This document shows positions 36,331 through 45,728 of a stretch of 45,728 nt of DNA, in pieces. Below the pieces are notes generated by a model. That model searched no databases. It was not told the origin of the DNA and saw only the letters and a program-made list of their open reading frames with translations. This stretch comes from Gloeobacterales cyanobacterium (lineage in GTDB: Bacteria > Cyanobacteriota > Cyanobacteriia > Gloeobacterales > PMM-0068), in contig JBBRSB010000036.1 in the NCBI GenBank assembly GCA_038245785.1, forward strand, positions 1 through 45,728, written 5' to 3'. Each line of letters opens with the position of its first letter. The stretch's first letter is position 1. A program made the translations under genes and the position numbers.

Positions 36331-38637
36331 ATGAGAGGCGGACGGTTGCCACTAACAGAGAGCGGTCTTGAAGAGGGTATTGTTGCCTTCACCAAGAGGT
36401 CGCCCACAAAACAACCTGGAAATAGTCATCTAGTTGCCTTACTGGGATGCTTGCTTTTTGTGACCCTGATTGTTGGCTTGCGTCTAGTGGGCCTGTTCGA
36501 GCCCCTGGAACTTGCTGCCTATGATGCTTTAATGCAGAAGCGTCCGCCGGAAACGACGGATTCGCGGATCTTGTTGGTAAATATTACTGAAAGCGACCGC
36601 AACGAATTCGGTCAGTCAATCCCTGATGACGCTCTCTATCAGCTGCTTCAGAAAATCGATTCCTATGGGCCACGTGTAATCGGTTTCGATATATACCGCA
36701 ACAAACCCTCCGGAAAGCTGGCAGCCTTTCTCGAAAGCAACCCACGCTTGATCGGGGTCGCGAAGATCAACGAACAGAGCAGCGACTTCGAGATTCCTGC
36801 GCCCCCCAACATGCTGCGCGACAGTCGCTACGGTTTTGCAGACGTTCCCATTGACGACAGCAGCAAGATGGTTCGCCGCAGCTATCTGTATACGACACTC
36901 AGCACCCGTAATGTTCTTTCTTTTCCTACGGCCCTCTCCCTCAGCTATCTCGAAGAGCAGAACATCTCTCTGGGCGAGGCGCAGGGGAACGAAGTCTCGC
37001 TGGTGAAGCTGATGGGCAAGAAGCAAGAACCACTCGTTACCCTACAGCGGCTCACCCCCAATTTTGGCGGTTATCAGAATCACAATGAATTCAGCAAAGA
37101 CTACGAGATGCTCATCAACTACCGAGCCCCAAAGGTAGCGCACGAAGTCACAAGGGCAGGGATTTTATCTGGGAAGGTAGACCCAGCGTGGATCCGGGAC
37201 AAAATCGTTCTGATCGGCTACCAGGGAGAGAGTTTTGCAGATCTTTTCCGAGTTCCCTACACCGATGAGCGTGTACCCGGATTCCATATTCATGCCCAAA
37301 TAGTCAGCCAGATGCTCAGTGCTGCGCTCGATAAGCGCACGCAGATCTGGGCCTGGAGCGAACCGCTGGCTGGCCTGTGGATTGTTGCCTTTGGATTGGT
37401 GGCAGGTGTAGTGGTCTGGGGACTGCGCTCACGGTTACTGCTCAGCCTGTCTCTTTTGGTCTTGGTGAGCACCTTGGTCGGGACTGCCTTTGGGGTTTTT
37501 GTTCAGGGGGTTTGGGTACCGCTAGTACCCGCTGTTTTAGCCATTCTCGGCTGTGCTGGTCTGGTCTGGGTCTGGCCAAACGCCGCTGCAGCCAAGCGGC
37601 AGATTGGCAGTTTGGCAAAACTCCCGTCTGCACCTTTGCCACTACCACCAGGAACGGGGACAGAAGACAAGCGAGCAGAGACCGTGCTCGGAACTGGATT
37701 TGTCAGATCCAAAACGTTTGTGGCAAAACCCGACACGGTTGAGGTTGGACGCTACAAGATCCTCCAACCGCTTGACAGTGGCGGCATGGGTGATGTGTAC
37801 ATCGCCAACGACACCCGCATCAATCGAGAGGTTGCCTTAAAGGTTTTGAAGACCCGCCTCTCCGCAGACATGCCTGACCTAAAGTTGCGCTTCCTGCGTG
37901 AGGTACGGGTTTCTGCTGCCCTATCCAGCCTTCACATTGTCCAGGTCAGCGACTATGGCATCACTGAGGAGGGTGCTCCTTACTATGTAATGGAGCTGCT
38001 TCACGGCCAGAGTCTGCGGCAGCTACTTAGGGCTGAAACGCGGCTTTCTGTCGAGCGTACTGTCCGCATCGCCATTCAGATATGCGAAGGCTTGAAACTG
38101 GCTCATGAGGGCGTCTATCTCACGGAAAATGACACCCGCGAATTGGTACGGGTTGTACACCGCGACCTCAAACCCGAAAATATTTTCCTAGTGGAGACGG
38201 GAACGGGCGAACTGGTCAAGCTGCTTGACTTTGGCATCGCTAAGGTCCTGAGTACCGATGGTTACGAGCGAACAGACCTCACGAGGGGAGGTTTCCTCGG
38301 TACATCCCGCTACGCTTCCCCTGAGCAGTGGAGTGGTGCCTATGATCTCGACCAGCGTTCGGATATCTACAGTCTAGGAATGATCTGCTACGAGATGCTG
38401 AGCGGCAGCCAACCCTTTGGTCTTTCCATCGAAGAGACCATGACGCGCCCGATGCTTTGGTATGAGGGACATGTGAACACTCCACCCAACCCCCTACGCA
38501 CCCGGCCAGATTGCCAACACATTCCTGAATCCCTCGACCAGATCCTGATGAGCTGCTTGGCTAAACAGCCAGCAGAACGTTTCACGACCGCCAATCAACT
38601 TCAGCAAGCCTTAAAAAATTCCTTTCCAAACCTTTAG
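36331..38637 (+). CDS. CHASE2 sensor - 3TM - Hanks-type Ser/Thr protein kinase
   Basis: LELAAYD..D.RILLVNITE, PRVIGFDIYR, DKIVLIG, PGFHIHAQIVSQ (CHASE2); SGGMGDVY, VALK, HRDLKPEN, DFG, YASPEQW. Confidence 0.92.
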   Translation: MRGGRLPLTESGLEEGIVAFTKRSPTKQPGNSHLVALLGCLLFVTLIVGLRLVGLFEPLELAAYDALMQKRPPETTDSRILLVNITESDRNEFGQSIPDDALYQLLQKIDSYGPRVIGFDIYRNKPSGKLAAFLESNPRLIGVAKINEQSSDFEIPAPPNMLRDSRYGFADVPIDDSSKMVRRSYLYTTLSTRNVLSFPTALSLSYLEEQNISLGEAQGNEVSLVKLMGKKQEPLVTLQRLTPNFGGYQNHNEFSKDYEMLINYRAPKVAHEVTRAGILSGKVDPAWIRDKIVLIGYQGESFADLFRVPYTDERVPGFHIHAQIVSQMLSAALDKRTQIWAWSEPLAGLWIVAFGLVAGVVVWGLRSRLLLSLSLLVLVSTLVGTAFGVFVQGVWVPLVPAVLAILGCAGLVWVWPNAAAAKRQIGSLAKLPSAPLPLPPGTGTEDKRAETVLGTGFVRSKTFVAKPDTVEVGRYKILQPLDSGGMGDVYIANDTRINREVALKVLKTRLSADMPDLKLRFLREVRVSAALSSLHIVQVSDYGITEEGAPYYVMELLHGQSLRQLLRAETRLSVERTVRIAIQICEGLKLAHEGVYLTENDTRELVRVVHRDLKPENIFLVETGTGELVKLLDFGIAKVLSTDGYERTDLTRGGFLGTSRYASPEQWSGAYDLDQRSDIYSLGMICYEMLSGSQPFGLSIEETMTRPMLWYEGHVNTPPNPLRTRPDCQHIPESLDQILMSCLAKQPAERFTTANQLQQALKNSFPNL

Positions 38638-38653
38638 TAGCGATGGAGTTCGG

Positions 38654-39979
38654 ATGATGAAAAAACGATGGTATCTACCAACAACCGTGGGACTGACACT
38701 CGGCTACCTTTCGATGTTGGCCATACTTAGCAGTCCCGTGAGCGCACAAATCTTCTCACTACGCTCCCCTACTGCACCTTTGGTAGCGGCCTTGCCCACC
38801 CCATCAAGGACATTGAACAACTCCGCTAGCACCTACACCGTTGTCCTAGGTAATACACTCTCGGGGATCTCTAGGAAGTTTGGTCTATCACTCTCTGACC
38901 TCATTACCCTCAATCGCGATACCGTACCAGACCCTGACCTGATCCGTGTCGGACAGATTCTGAAGCTGAGTGCTTCCGAAACTTCTATACCGGAGGCACA
39001 ACGTTCGGAACCTGAAATCAAACCTGCCCCCAAACGGCACCGCCGCGCCCGCACAAAACAGACCGCAAGAAGATTGCTCAGCAGGCCAGAGGAAACCCAA
39101 AGACAAAGCCCGGAACCTGCTATCAACCCTGTCCCTAAACAGCGGCGCACCCAGATGCAATCGACTGCTAGAAAACTGCCCACCGAGCCAGAGTCCAGTA
39201 GCCCAAGCGATGCTGCAGCCCAAACGCCAAAAGGGACGGTGCCCCCCACTTCCGCTCAAAGCGACCTCTCAAAAACGGCCCTGTCTAACCGACAGCCTTC
39301 TCGCCTCGCCAACCTTCCCACCGTAAAACTCTCAGGTAACCGCCTGGGCGCAGCCAAGCGTGGTTCTTGTGCCGCTCCCGGTCAGAAACTTGTCGCCCTA
39401 CTGCCCGATACGAACCTTGGCCAAACGGTGGCTGACCAGCCGACCTTTTTCTGGTCGATGCCCGAATTGAAACCAGAGTGGCAAAATCGCAAGCTGCACA
39501 GCCGTTTCCGCCTGACGAAGGTAGATGCCCAAGACATAGATATTGACCCGCCTCTATATGAAACTGAGTTCGACAGCGGGCCAATGGGTATCAACAGCCT
39601 TACCGTTCCCGAACCCATCCCCGTCGGACAAAATTTGCGCTGGACCTTGATTATTGTCTGTGACCCAGACGACCCAGACGGCAATGAGTATGTCAAAGGC
39701 TGGATCCGCCGGGTCGAACCTTCTCAAGAGCTATCTGCCGAACTAGAGAAAGCCAATCTCGTAGATTATCCAGCGATTTACGCCAAGGCAGGGCTATGGT
39801 TCGATGCCCTTCGCTACCTTTCCGCGATTCGTCGAAAAGTTGGAGACCAGTCTATTGATGACGATTGGGCCGCTCTTCTCAACCAGGTGAACCTGGGCGA
39901 CCTTGCCAAAAAACCGATCAACTGTCAACAGAATCAGTCAAGCACCGACTGTACTACCGTCCCTCAAAAACCTCAGTAG
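38654..39979 (+). CDS. Exported LysM + DUF928 protein
   Basis: YTVVLGNTLSGISRKFGLSLSDLITLN..PDLIRVGQIL (LysM); RLGAAKRGSC..LVALLP..TVADQPTFF..YAKAGLWFDAL..DWAALL (DUF928). Confidence 0.88.
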   Translation: MMKKRWYLPTTVGLTLGYLSMLAILSSPVSAQIFSLRSPTAPLVAALPTPSRTLNNSASTYTVVLGNTLSGISRKFGLSLSDLITLNRDTVPDPDLIRVGQILKLSASETSIPEAQRSEPEIKPAPKRHRRARTKQTARRLLSRPEETQRQSPEPAINPVPKQRRTQMQSTARKLPTEPESSSPSDAAAQTPKGTVPPTSAQSDLSKTALSNRQPSRLANLPTVKLSGNRLGAAKRGSCAAPGQKLVALLPDTNLGQTVADQPTFFWSMPELKPEWQNRKLHSRFRLTKVDAQDIDIDPPLYETEFDSGPMGINSLTVPEPIPVGQNLRWTLIIVCDPDDPDGNEYVKGWIRRVEPSQELSAELEKANLVDYPAIYAKAGLWFDALRYLSAIRRKVGDQSIDDDWAALLNQVNLGDLAKKPINCQQNQSSTDCTTVPQKPQ

Positions 39980-39993
39980 GAATTCTCAGCGAA

Positions 39994-42900
39994 GTGAAAG
40001 CAATTTCTCCCCTAGTTATCTCTTTGGCGCTAGCGGCTACGCTCACCGTTCAGTCCGCACTCTACGCCCAACAGCTTCCGATCCAAGCGGCCCCCGACGG
40101 AACGGGCACTATTGTCAACCCCACAGACAACACGTTCAACATCACGGGCGGAACTACTTCTGGTAGCGGTACCAATCTTTTCCACTCCTTTACTACGTTT
40201 GGCTTGAACAACGGTCAGGTCGCAAACTTCCTGTCGGCCCCCAATACGCAGAATATCCTCAGCCGAGTCACGGGCGGCAGTTCCTCTTTTATTGATGGTT
40301 TGCTAAAAGTCTCAGGCAGCAATGCCAATCTCTACTTGCTCAACCCTTCGGGCATCCTCTTCGGCCCCAATGCCAGTCTAAATGTACCTGCGGCTTTCAC
40401 GGCAACAACGGCCAATGGCATCGCTTTCGGCTCCCAGTGGTTCAATGCCTTCGGCCCAAACAACTATGCGGCCCTCAATGGCTCGCCTGGTGCTCTAGGT
40501 TTTACGATGTCTAAGCCGGGAGCGATCATTAATGCCGGAAATCTGAGCGTTGGGCCTGGTCAGGCTCTTTCCCTCATTGGCGGAACCGTTGCCAGCACAG
40601 GACAGCTTTCTGGTGGTCAAGTGACGGTCGCTGCTGTGCCGGGTGAGCATTACGTGCGCCTCGGCCAACCTGGTAGCCCTCTGAGTATCGAGGTCCCAAT
40701 CAGTGGGGCAGAGCTACCCACCAATTGGAATTTACCGATCTACTCCCTGCCAGAATTGCTCACTGGAACCAACGCTGGTTTGACCGTGGCCAATGACGGC
40801 ACCGTTCAGCTGACCAACTCTCAGCTAACAGTCGAGCAGGGTGATGTGGTAGCGAAAAAAATCGATGCGGAGACAGCAACGCTTTCCGCTAGCCGGAATG
40901 TAACTTTGCCCGAAAGCCAGTTGGGAACGACCAAGGATTTGCTTGTCCAAGCGAAGGATACGGTCACTGTTCGCGACAGCAAGGAAAATCCAGTTCTGGT
41001 AAAAGCTGGAGGCAACCTGACGATTCAGGGTGACAAGAGCATTGACATCCTGGCTCTTGACCATCCAGGTCAAGCATTCCAGAGCGGGGGGAATCTGCGT
41101 CTTATCAGCGATGGAAATGTTTCGGGTGACGCCCACTTCGGCAGCGGCGGAAAGTTCTCGATTGAAACCCTGGCGGGCAAACCCGGCAATTTTGTTAGTT
41201 TGTACGACCCGATTATAAGTTCGGGTAATGATGTGATCTTCGGTGACTATGAAGGAGTTTCGCTGAAAGTGGAGTCGCTCGGCAGCATCACAGGCGGGAA
41301 TATCACGATCACCGGACCTGAGTTGTCGGGCAACTTGCCACCGGGTAATGATACCGACATTCTTATTGGGAATTCGGCATTGATCCTGCGAGCGGGAACT
41401 CAGTTAGGTAATACGAATGTACCAATCTCAACCCCTCTTACCCCCCCTGGCAATATAACTACAACTTTCAACCCAGGAAATACCACCACTTCACCAGGGA
41501 ATATCACTGTAGGTAGCGTCACAACCGTTTTCGGCCCAATCATCCTGGCAGCCTCTGGTGATATCACCACCAATTTCTCCCTCACTTCAAATGGAGGAGC
41601 TATCAGTCTCAACACTTCTAACGGGAATATCAGCACTAAATTCGTCGACTCCTCTTACGCAGGTAATGGGGGGAATATCAGTCTCGTGGCTACTAACGGG
41701 AATATCAGCACTGGATCCTTCGACTCCTCTGGTTCTGAAGGCACTGGGGGGAATATCAGTCTCGCGGCTAACGGGAATATCAGCACTGGATCCTTCGACT
41801 CCTCTAGTACATTCGACACTGGGGGGAATATTAGTCTCGCGGCTAACGGCAACATCACCACTGATCAAGTCACCTTCTCTTTTATTGGAGGCAATGGGGG
41901 GGCTATCAATTTCGAAGCGATGGGCAACATCAACACGGGTAATCTCGCCACAAACGGCAACGCGATTGCCCTGACCAGTGGAGGTCTCATTAGAGCAGGA
42001 ACTATCGACTCAAGTACACCTGCTGCACCTGGTGGGGGAGCAATCACCCTTAGCCATAAGGGCACATCATTCATTGTCAACCGTACACCGAGCAACGCTT
42101 CCAGTTCCTCTGGTACCATTACTAGCCGCTTCAATAACATCATCGCCAGTGGCACTTTCACTGGGACTTCTAAACAGGGCAACATCACCATCATTGGACC
42201 TGATGTACCTGTTATTCTGCCAGAAGAACCACCCACAGTTAACACCCCCCCAACCACGGGCACCTCCATAGGCCTAGGTGGAACGGCAATTGACCCTCAA
42301 ACGATCAAGAGCAGACCGCAACTTCCACTATCTGGTCCTTCAACGCCGATTCTGCCTTATCAACCACAGTCCGGCGAGGTGGTGAAGATCTTTGAGAAAT
42401 ACTTTGGGGAAAAATTCACCCAGAAGCAGTTTTCTCTCCCGGAACTCCAAGACAATTTAGAACGGCTGGAAAAGGCTACAGGGAAGAAGCTTGCCATCAT
42501 CAACGTCGATACAGAATCTAAAATTCTCACCCTGATCACCCCGAAAGATAACACTGTCGTTGCCATCCCTCTGACGGTGACCAGTGAGGCTCTGCGGGAA
42601 AAAGCCAACCTCTTACGGCGCGAAATTGCTGATCCTAGTAATGTCACCTCTAGCCGCTACTTGACTACCTCCCGCCAGTTATACAGTTGGCTCATTGCTC
42701 CTCTGGAACCGTATTTGCAGGCCAAAAAAGTTGACACCCTTATCTTCCAGCTCGACTCTGGCCTACGTTTGACACCTCTAGCCGCACTCAATGACGGTAA
42801 GCAGTTTCTGGTCGAAAAGTACGCCATCAGTTTGATTCCCAGCATCAATCTCCTCGACACTAGTTACGACCCTGAACGAGTGCGCGCATCAAAAGTTTTG

Positions 42901-43545
42901 GCTATGGGTGCCTCCGCCTTTAAAGATGATGTACCTCTACCAGCAGTCCCCGCTGAACTTCGGAACGTAACCCAAGAGGCTGGAGGAAGCGTTTTCCTAA
43001 ACGAAAACTTTACCCTGGGCAACTTGAAGGCACAAACCGCGAGCTATGGCCTGATCCACCTCGCCACCCACGCCGACTTTAACAAAGGCCCCGTTCAGGG
43101 CTCCTACATCAAGTTGAGTGATACCCGCCTCGGCCTCAACCAGATACGCGACCTCGGCTGGAGCCAGCAGAAAATAGAGTTGCTGGTGCTTAGCGCTTGC
43201 CGAACCGCTTTTGGTGACTCCAACACCGAGCTAGGTTTTGCTGGTCTAGCAGTAGGAGCCGGAGTGAAAACAGCGGTAGCAACGCTGTGGCGCTCCTCCG
43301 ACCTAGGAACCTTCGGCCTGATGTCCGATTTCTATGACGAGCTGAAGACGGCCCCGATCAAAGCCGATGCCTTACGTGCTGCTCAGGTAGCGCTGCTGCG
43401 TGGAGAGGTACGAGTCGAAAATGGACAATTGCGCTTCAAAAAGGCTACATTTCCCCTACCGGAAGATCTGAAAGCGCTTGGGGAGGTCCGGTTAACCCAC
43501 CCTTACTATTGGTCGGGCTTCACGATGATTGGCAGCCCTTGGTGA
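39994..43545 (+). CDS. TpsA exoprotein: filamentous haemagglutinin N-terminal (TPS) domain, beta-helix repeats, C-terminal CHAT caspase-like protease
   Basis: NLFHSF..F, NILSRVTGG..S.IDG, LLNPSGILFG; IHLATHADF and LVLSACRTA dyad; HPYYWSGF.MIGSPW; likely GTG start 39994 gives a signal peptide. Confidence 0.9.
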   Translation: MKAISPLVISLALAATLTVQSALYAQQLPIQAAPDGTGTIVNPTDNTFNITGGTTSGSGTNLFHSFTTFGLNNGQVANFLSAPNTQNILSRVTGGSSSFIDGLLKVSGSNANLYLLNPSGILFGPNASLNVPAAFTATTANGIAFGSQWFNAFGPNNYAALNGSPGALGFTMSKPGAIINAGNLSVGPGQALSLIGGTVASTGQLSGGQVTVAAVPGEHYVRLGQPGSPLSIEVPISGAELPTNWNLPIYSLPELLTGTNAGLTVANDGTVQLTNSQLTVEQGDVVAKKIDAETATLSASRNVTLPESQLGTTKDLLVQAKDTVTVRDSKENPVLVKAGGNLTIQGDKSIDILALDHPGQAFQSGGNLRLISDGNVSGDAHFGSGGKFSIETLAGKPGNFVSLYDPIISSGNDVIFGDYEGVSLKVESLGSITGGNITITGPELSGNLPPGNDTDILIGNSALILRAGTQLGNTNVPISTPLTPPGNITTTFNPGNTTTSPGNITVGSVTTVFGPIILAASGDITTNFSLTSNGGAISLNTSNGNISTKFVDSSYAGNGGNISLVATNGNISTGSFDSSGSEGTGGNISLAANGNISTGSFDSSSTFDTGGNISLAANGNITTDQVTFSFIGGNGGAINFEAMGNINTGNLATNGNAIALTSGGLIRAGTIDSSTPAAPGGGAITLSHKGTSFIVNRTPSNASSSSGTITSRFNNIIASGTFTGTSKQGNITIIGPDVPVILPEEPPTVNTPPTTGTSIGLGGTAIDPQTIKSRPQLPLSGPSTPILPYQPQSGEVVKIFEKYFGEKFTQKQFSLPELQDNLERLEKATGKKLAIINVDTESKILTLITPKDNTVVAIPLTVTSEALREKANLLRREIADPSNVTSSRYLTTSRQLYSWLIAPLEPYLQAKKVDTLIFQLDSGLRLTPLAALNDGKQFLVEKYAISLIPSINLLDTSYDPERVRASKVLAMGASAFKDDVPLPAVPAELRNVTQEAGGSVFLNENFTLGNLKAQTASYGLIHLATHADFNKGPVQGSYIKLSDTRLGLNQIRDLGWSQQKIELLVLSACRTAFGDSNTELGFAGLAVGAGVKTAVATLWRSSDLGTFGLMSDFYDELKTAPIKADALRAAQVALLRGEVRVENGQLRFKKATFPLPEDLKALGEVRLTHPYYWSGFTMIGSPW
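41590..41945 (+). repeat. Intragenic tandem repeats of about 75 nt (GGNISLAANGNISTGSFDSS)
   Basis: Four to five units; two are near-identical at DNA level (about 41668-41730 and 41746-41805). Confidence 0.85.
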
Positions 43546-43570
43546 CTCCTGTATTTCCATAGGAAAATAA

Positions 43571-45346
43571 ATGACTGCACCTATATATCTAGCCCGTGTC
43601 TTCTCTCTAATGAGCTGTTTCCCAGGGCTAGTCCTACTAGTCCTGCCCCCTGCAGTAAAAGCCCAGACGACCACCCCGCCGCCACAAATTATTGTTCCCA
43701 GCTCACCCCGGCAGGAAAATCCAAACCAGGACCGTTTGCTCACGCCGTCGCCACCGCCCCTAAAGCCTCTTCCTCAGGAACCGCAGCCTCCCGTCGTAAG
43801 CCCGACCCCGGAACCGCAGCCAGGAGAGAATGCTGAGCTGATCACGGTCCGTCGAGTAGAGGTAACCGGAAGTACGATCCTCACTCCTGAGCAGATTGCT
43901 GCTGTCACCCGACCCGTCGTGTCTGGCAGCCGCAGGCGAGAAGGGCGCACCCTGACGCGGGCAGAGCTTTTCAACACAATAATCATCCCCTTAACCAAGC
44001 TCTACCTTGACCAGGGCTACCTCACCTCTAGGGCGGAACTGGCAGCCATTGAAGATGGCGTTGTGAAGATTCGCATCATTGAAGGCTCCATAGCGCGGGT
44101 TGATGTAGAGGGTCTTCAGCGGCTGAACCCAAACTATGTGCGAGACCGCGTCAAATTGGGTATTGGGACGCCTCTGAACGCCGCCAAACTAGAAGACCAA
44201 CTGCGCCTGCTACGCAACAATCCATTGTTTACAAACTTGGAAGCAACGCTGCGTCGGGGCGAGGCCACTTCAGAAAGCGTCCTAATCGTGCGGGTGACCG
44301 AAGCACCGCCCCTGGCAACGAGCTTCAGTATCGATAACTATTCGCCACCCGCTGTTGGTTCGGAGCGGGGGACCGCAGCGCTCCTCTACCGCAACCCCAC
44401 GGGTGTCGGCGATCAAGCCTCGCTTTCCTACTCCGTTTCCACGGGTGCCTCCAACATCTACGACTTCAACTATCAAATACCACTCAACCCAATGGATGGA
44501 ACCCTCTCCTTTAGAGTGGCACCGAACAACAACCGAGTGACCGAGGCACCGTTCGACACTTTTGGCATTCGTGGTACCTCTGATCTCTATGAAATTAGCT
44601 ACCGACAGCCCCTCTATCGCACCTTCTCCGAAGAATTTGCCCTCTCGTTCGGGTTTGCCTACCAGAGTGGCCAGACGTTCTTCAATAACAACCAACCCCT
44701 TGCGTTCGTTAATGGGGCCGATGCTAACGGCGTGAGTAGTTTGAGCGTATTCAAGTTTGGACAGGATTACCTCAAACGCGACGAGTTGGGGGCATGGCTG
44801 CTGCGTTCGCAGTTCAGTCTGGGCACAGGGCTTTTTGGAGCAACGGTAAACGCCGCGCCCATTCCGGATAGCCGTTTTTTCAGTTGGTTCGGCCAGTTCA
44901 GTCGCTTGCAACTATTGGGCTCAGGCAACTCTCTGCTACTTCAGGGAGATCTCCAACTATCGGCAAATCCCCTGTTACCAGCGCAGCAGTACATTCTTGG
45001 GGGCGTACAGTCCGTGCGTGGCTACAGACAGAACATTCGTCTAGGGGACAACGGTTATCGATTATCCGTTGAAGGCCGCTTTCCCGTAGTTAAAAATGAT
45101 TCAGGTCTACCCGTGCTCCAGCTAGCTCCTTTCATCGAAGGAGGGGGTGTCTGGAATGTGGACAATCATCTCAATCAGCCGCAGGACAATCGTTTCTTAG
45201 CTTCTGCTGGGTTGGGTGTGCTCTGGGAACCCGTACCTGGTTGGAATATACGTGTGGACTACGGTATCCCCTTCGTTTCTCTGCCGGATCGAGGGAACAA
45301 CCTGCAGGACAACGGCTTATACTTCAGCATCGGCTACCGACCTTGA
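43571..45346 (+). CDS. TpsB (ShlB/FhaC/HecB) outer-membrane transporter
   Basis: POTRA (VEVTGST..LYLDQGYLTSRA..IRIIEG), DNYSPPAVGSER, LGGVQSVRGY..GDNG, C-terminal GLYFSIGY. Confidence 0.92.
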   Translation: MTAPIYLARVFSLMSCFPGLVLLVLPPAVKAQTTTPPPQIIVPSSPRQENPNQDRLLTPSPPPLKPLPQEPQPPVVSPTPEPQPGENAELITVRRVEVTGSTILTPEQIAAVTRPVVSGSRRREGRTLTRAELFNTIIIPLTKLYLDQGYLTSRAELAAIEDGVVKIRIIEGSIARVDVEGLQRLNPNYVRDRVKLGIGTPLNAAKLEDQLRLLRNNPLFTNLEATLRRGEATSESVLIVRVTEAPPLATSFSIDNYSPPAVGSERGTAALLYRNPTGVGDQASLSYSVSTGASNIYDFNYQIPLNPMDGTLSFRVAPNNNRVTEAPFDTFGIRGTSDLYEISYRQPLYRTFSEEFALSFGFAYQSGQTFFNNNQPLAFVNGADANGVSSLSVFKFGQDYLKRDELGAWLLRSQFSLGTGLFGATVNAAPIPDSRFFSWFGQFSRLQLLGSGNSLLLQGDLQLSANPLLPAQQYILGGVQSVRGYRQNIRLGDNGYRLSVEGRFPVVKNDSGLPVLQLAPFIEGGGVWNVDNHLNQPQDNRFLASAGLGVLWEPVPGWNIRVDYGIPFVSLPDRGNNLQDNGLYFSIGYRP

Positions 45347-45428
45347 GTTAAAACCGCAAGTGGCCCCGTACTGTTGACTTCTCAAGCAATCAAGGTGCCC
45401 AAAGGAGATTCTCTGGAGTAGCATATCG

Positions 45429-45611
45429 ATGTTTCAGAACTCAAAGACATTGGATGTGCGTTATCAGAAAAGACTTGCTATCTTTGTTCCCTACCGTGAC
45501 AGAAGTCAACATCTGAGCCAGTTTATTCCGCATATGCGAACCTACTTTGAGCGCGATAAACTCGATCGGAATATCAAATATTCAATTCTTATATCGAATC
45601 CGGTTATATAA
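45429..45611 (+). pseudogene. N-terminal fragment of a GT7 (beta-1,4-galactosyltransferase-like) protein interrupted by an IS
   Basis: KRLAIFVPYRDRSQHLSQFIPHM..IKYSILI matches the GT7 N-terminal AIxxPYRxRxxHL motif; homology ends at about 45593. Confidence 0.65.
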
Positions 45612-45728
45612 CCATAACTTAGAATAGAGGGATAAGAACAGCTAGAGGTAAGTGAGCTATGGCCAAACGCATCACTATCCAACCCCACTTGAGCCTTGAG
45701 CAACTCTACACCCGTTATCGTGAAGCTA
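45592..45728 (+). mobile_element. Left end of an IS630-family element
   Basis: Begins at a TA dinucleotide where the GT7 frame breaks; transposase-like ORF starts at 45659. Confidence 0.6.
45659..45728 (+). CDS. IS630-family transposase N-terminus (partial)
   Basis: MAKRITIQPHLSLEQLYTRYREA resembles the HLSxEELxxRYR start of IS630-type transposases. Confidence 0.65.
   Translation, partial: MAKRITIQPHLSLEQLYTRYREA

Noticed and set aside
39865..39993. ORF-track start of TpsA
   Set aside because: Overlaps the DUF928 gene; GTG at 39994 gives a proper signal peptide
41590..41945. CRISPR-like array
   Set aside because: Repeats are in-frame coding units without unique spacers, and there are no cas genes

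Overview
Cyanobacterial-type accessory DNA (about 50% GC, few HIP1 sites) in four blocks. (1) 1-8.0 kb is a defence/toxin-antitoxin patch: a Phd/YefM antitoxin, two RelE-like ORFs, a UPF0175 antitoxin with a broken DUF3368 toxin, a Zn-ribbon remnant, an orphan 1683-aa DEAD/DEAH-DUF1998-nuclease helicase and DUF29. (2) 8.1-30.0 kb is a carbohydrate/redox/osmotic island. It holds a glycogen debranching enzyme, GH63 glucosidase, aquaporin, DUF1622, a Na+/H+ antiporter with a riboswitch-like leader, a GAF protein, an HK/OmpR pair and a redoxin-cold-shock fusion. It also holds secreted spondin, haem-binding, lactonase and VOC proteins, a membrane FNR-ferredoxin with DUF4079, a DMT transporter and a GMC oxidoreductase. 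Several of these promoters share phased 11-bp YTCA repeats, suggesting one OmpR-type regulon. (3) 30.2-36 kb has TA remnants, a GAF-PAS kinase, a BamE-like repeat protein, a DUF2235 hydrolase and ilvA. (4) 36.3-45.3 kb is a CHASE2-Ser/Thr kinase, LysM-DUF928, TpsA-CHAT protease and TpsB operon whose upstream region shares an exact 22-bp element with the DUF2235 gene. The window ends with a GT7-like glycosyltransferase cut by an IS630-like element. No rRNA, tRNA or CRISPR array was seen. All family calls come from motif recognition by eye, not database searches.
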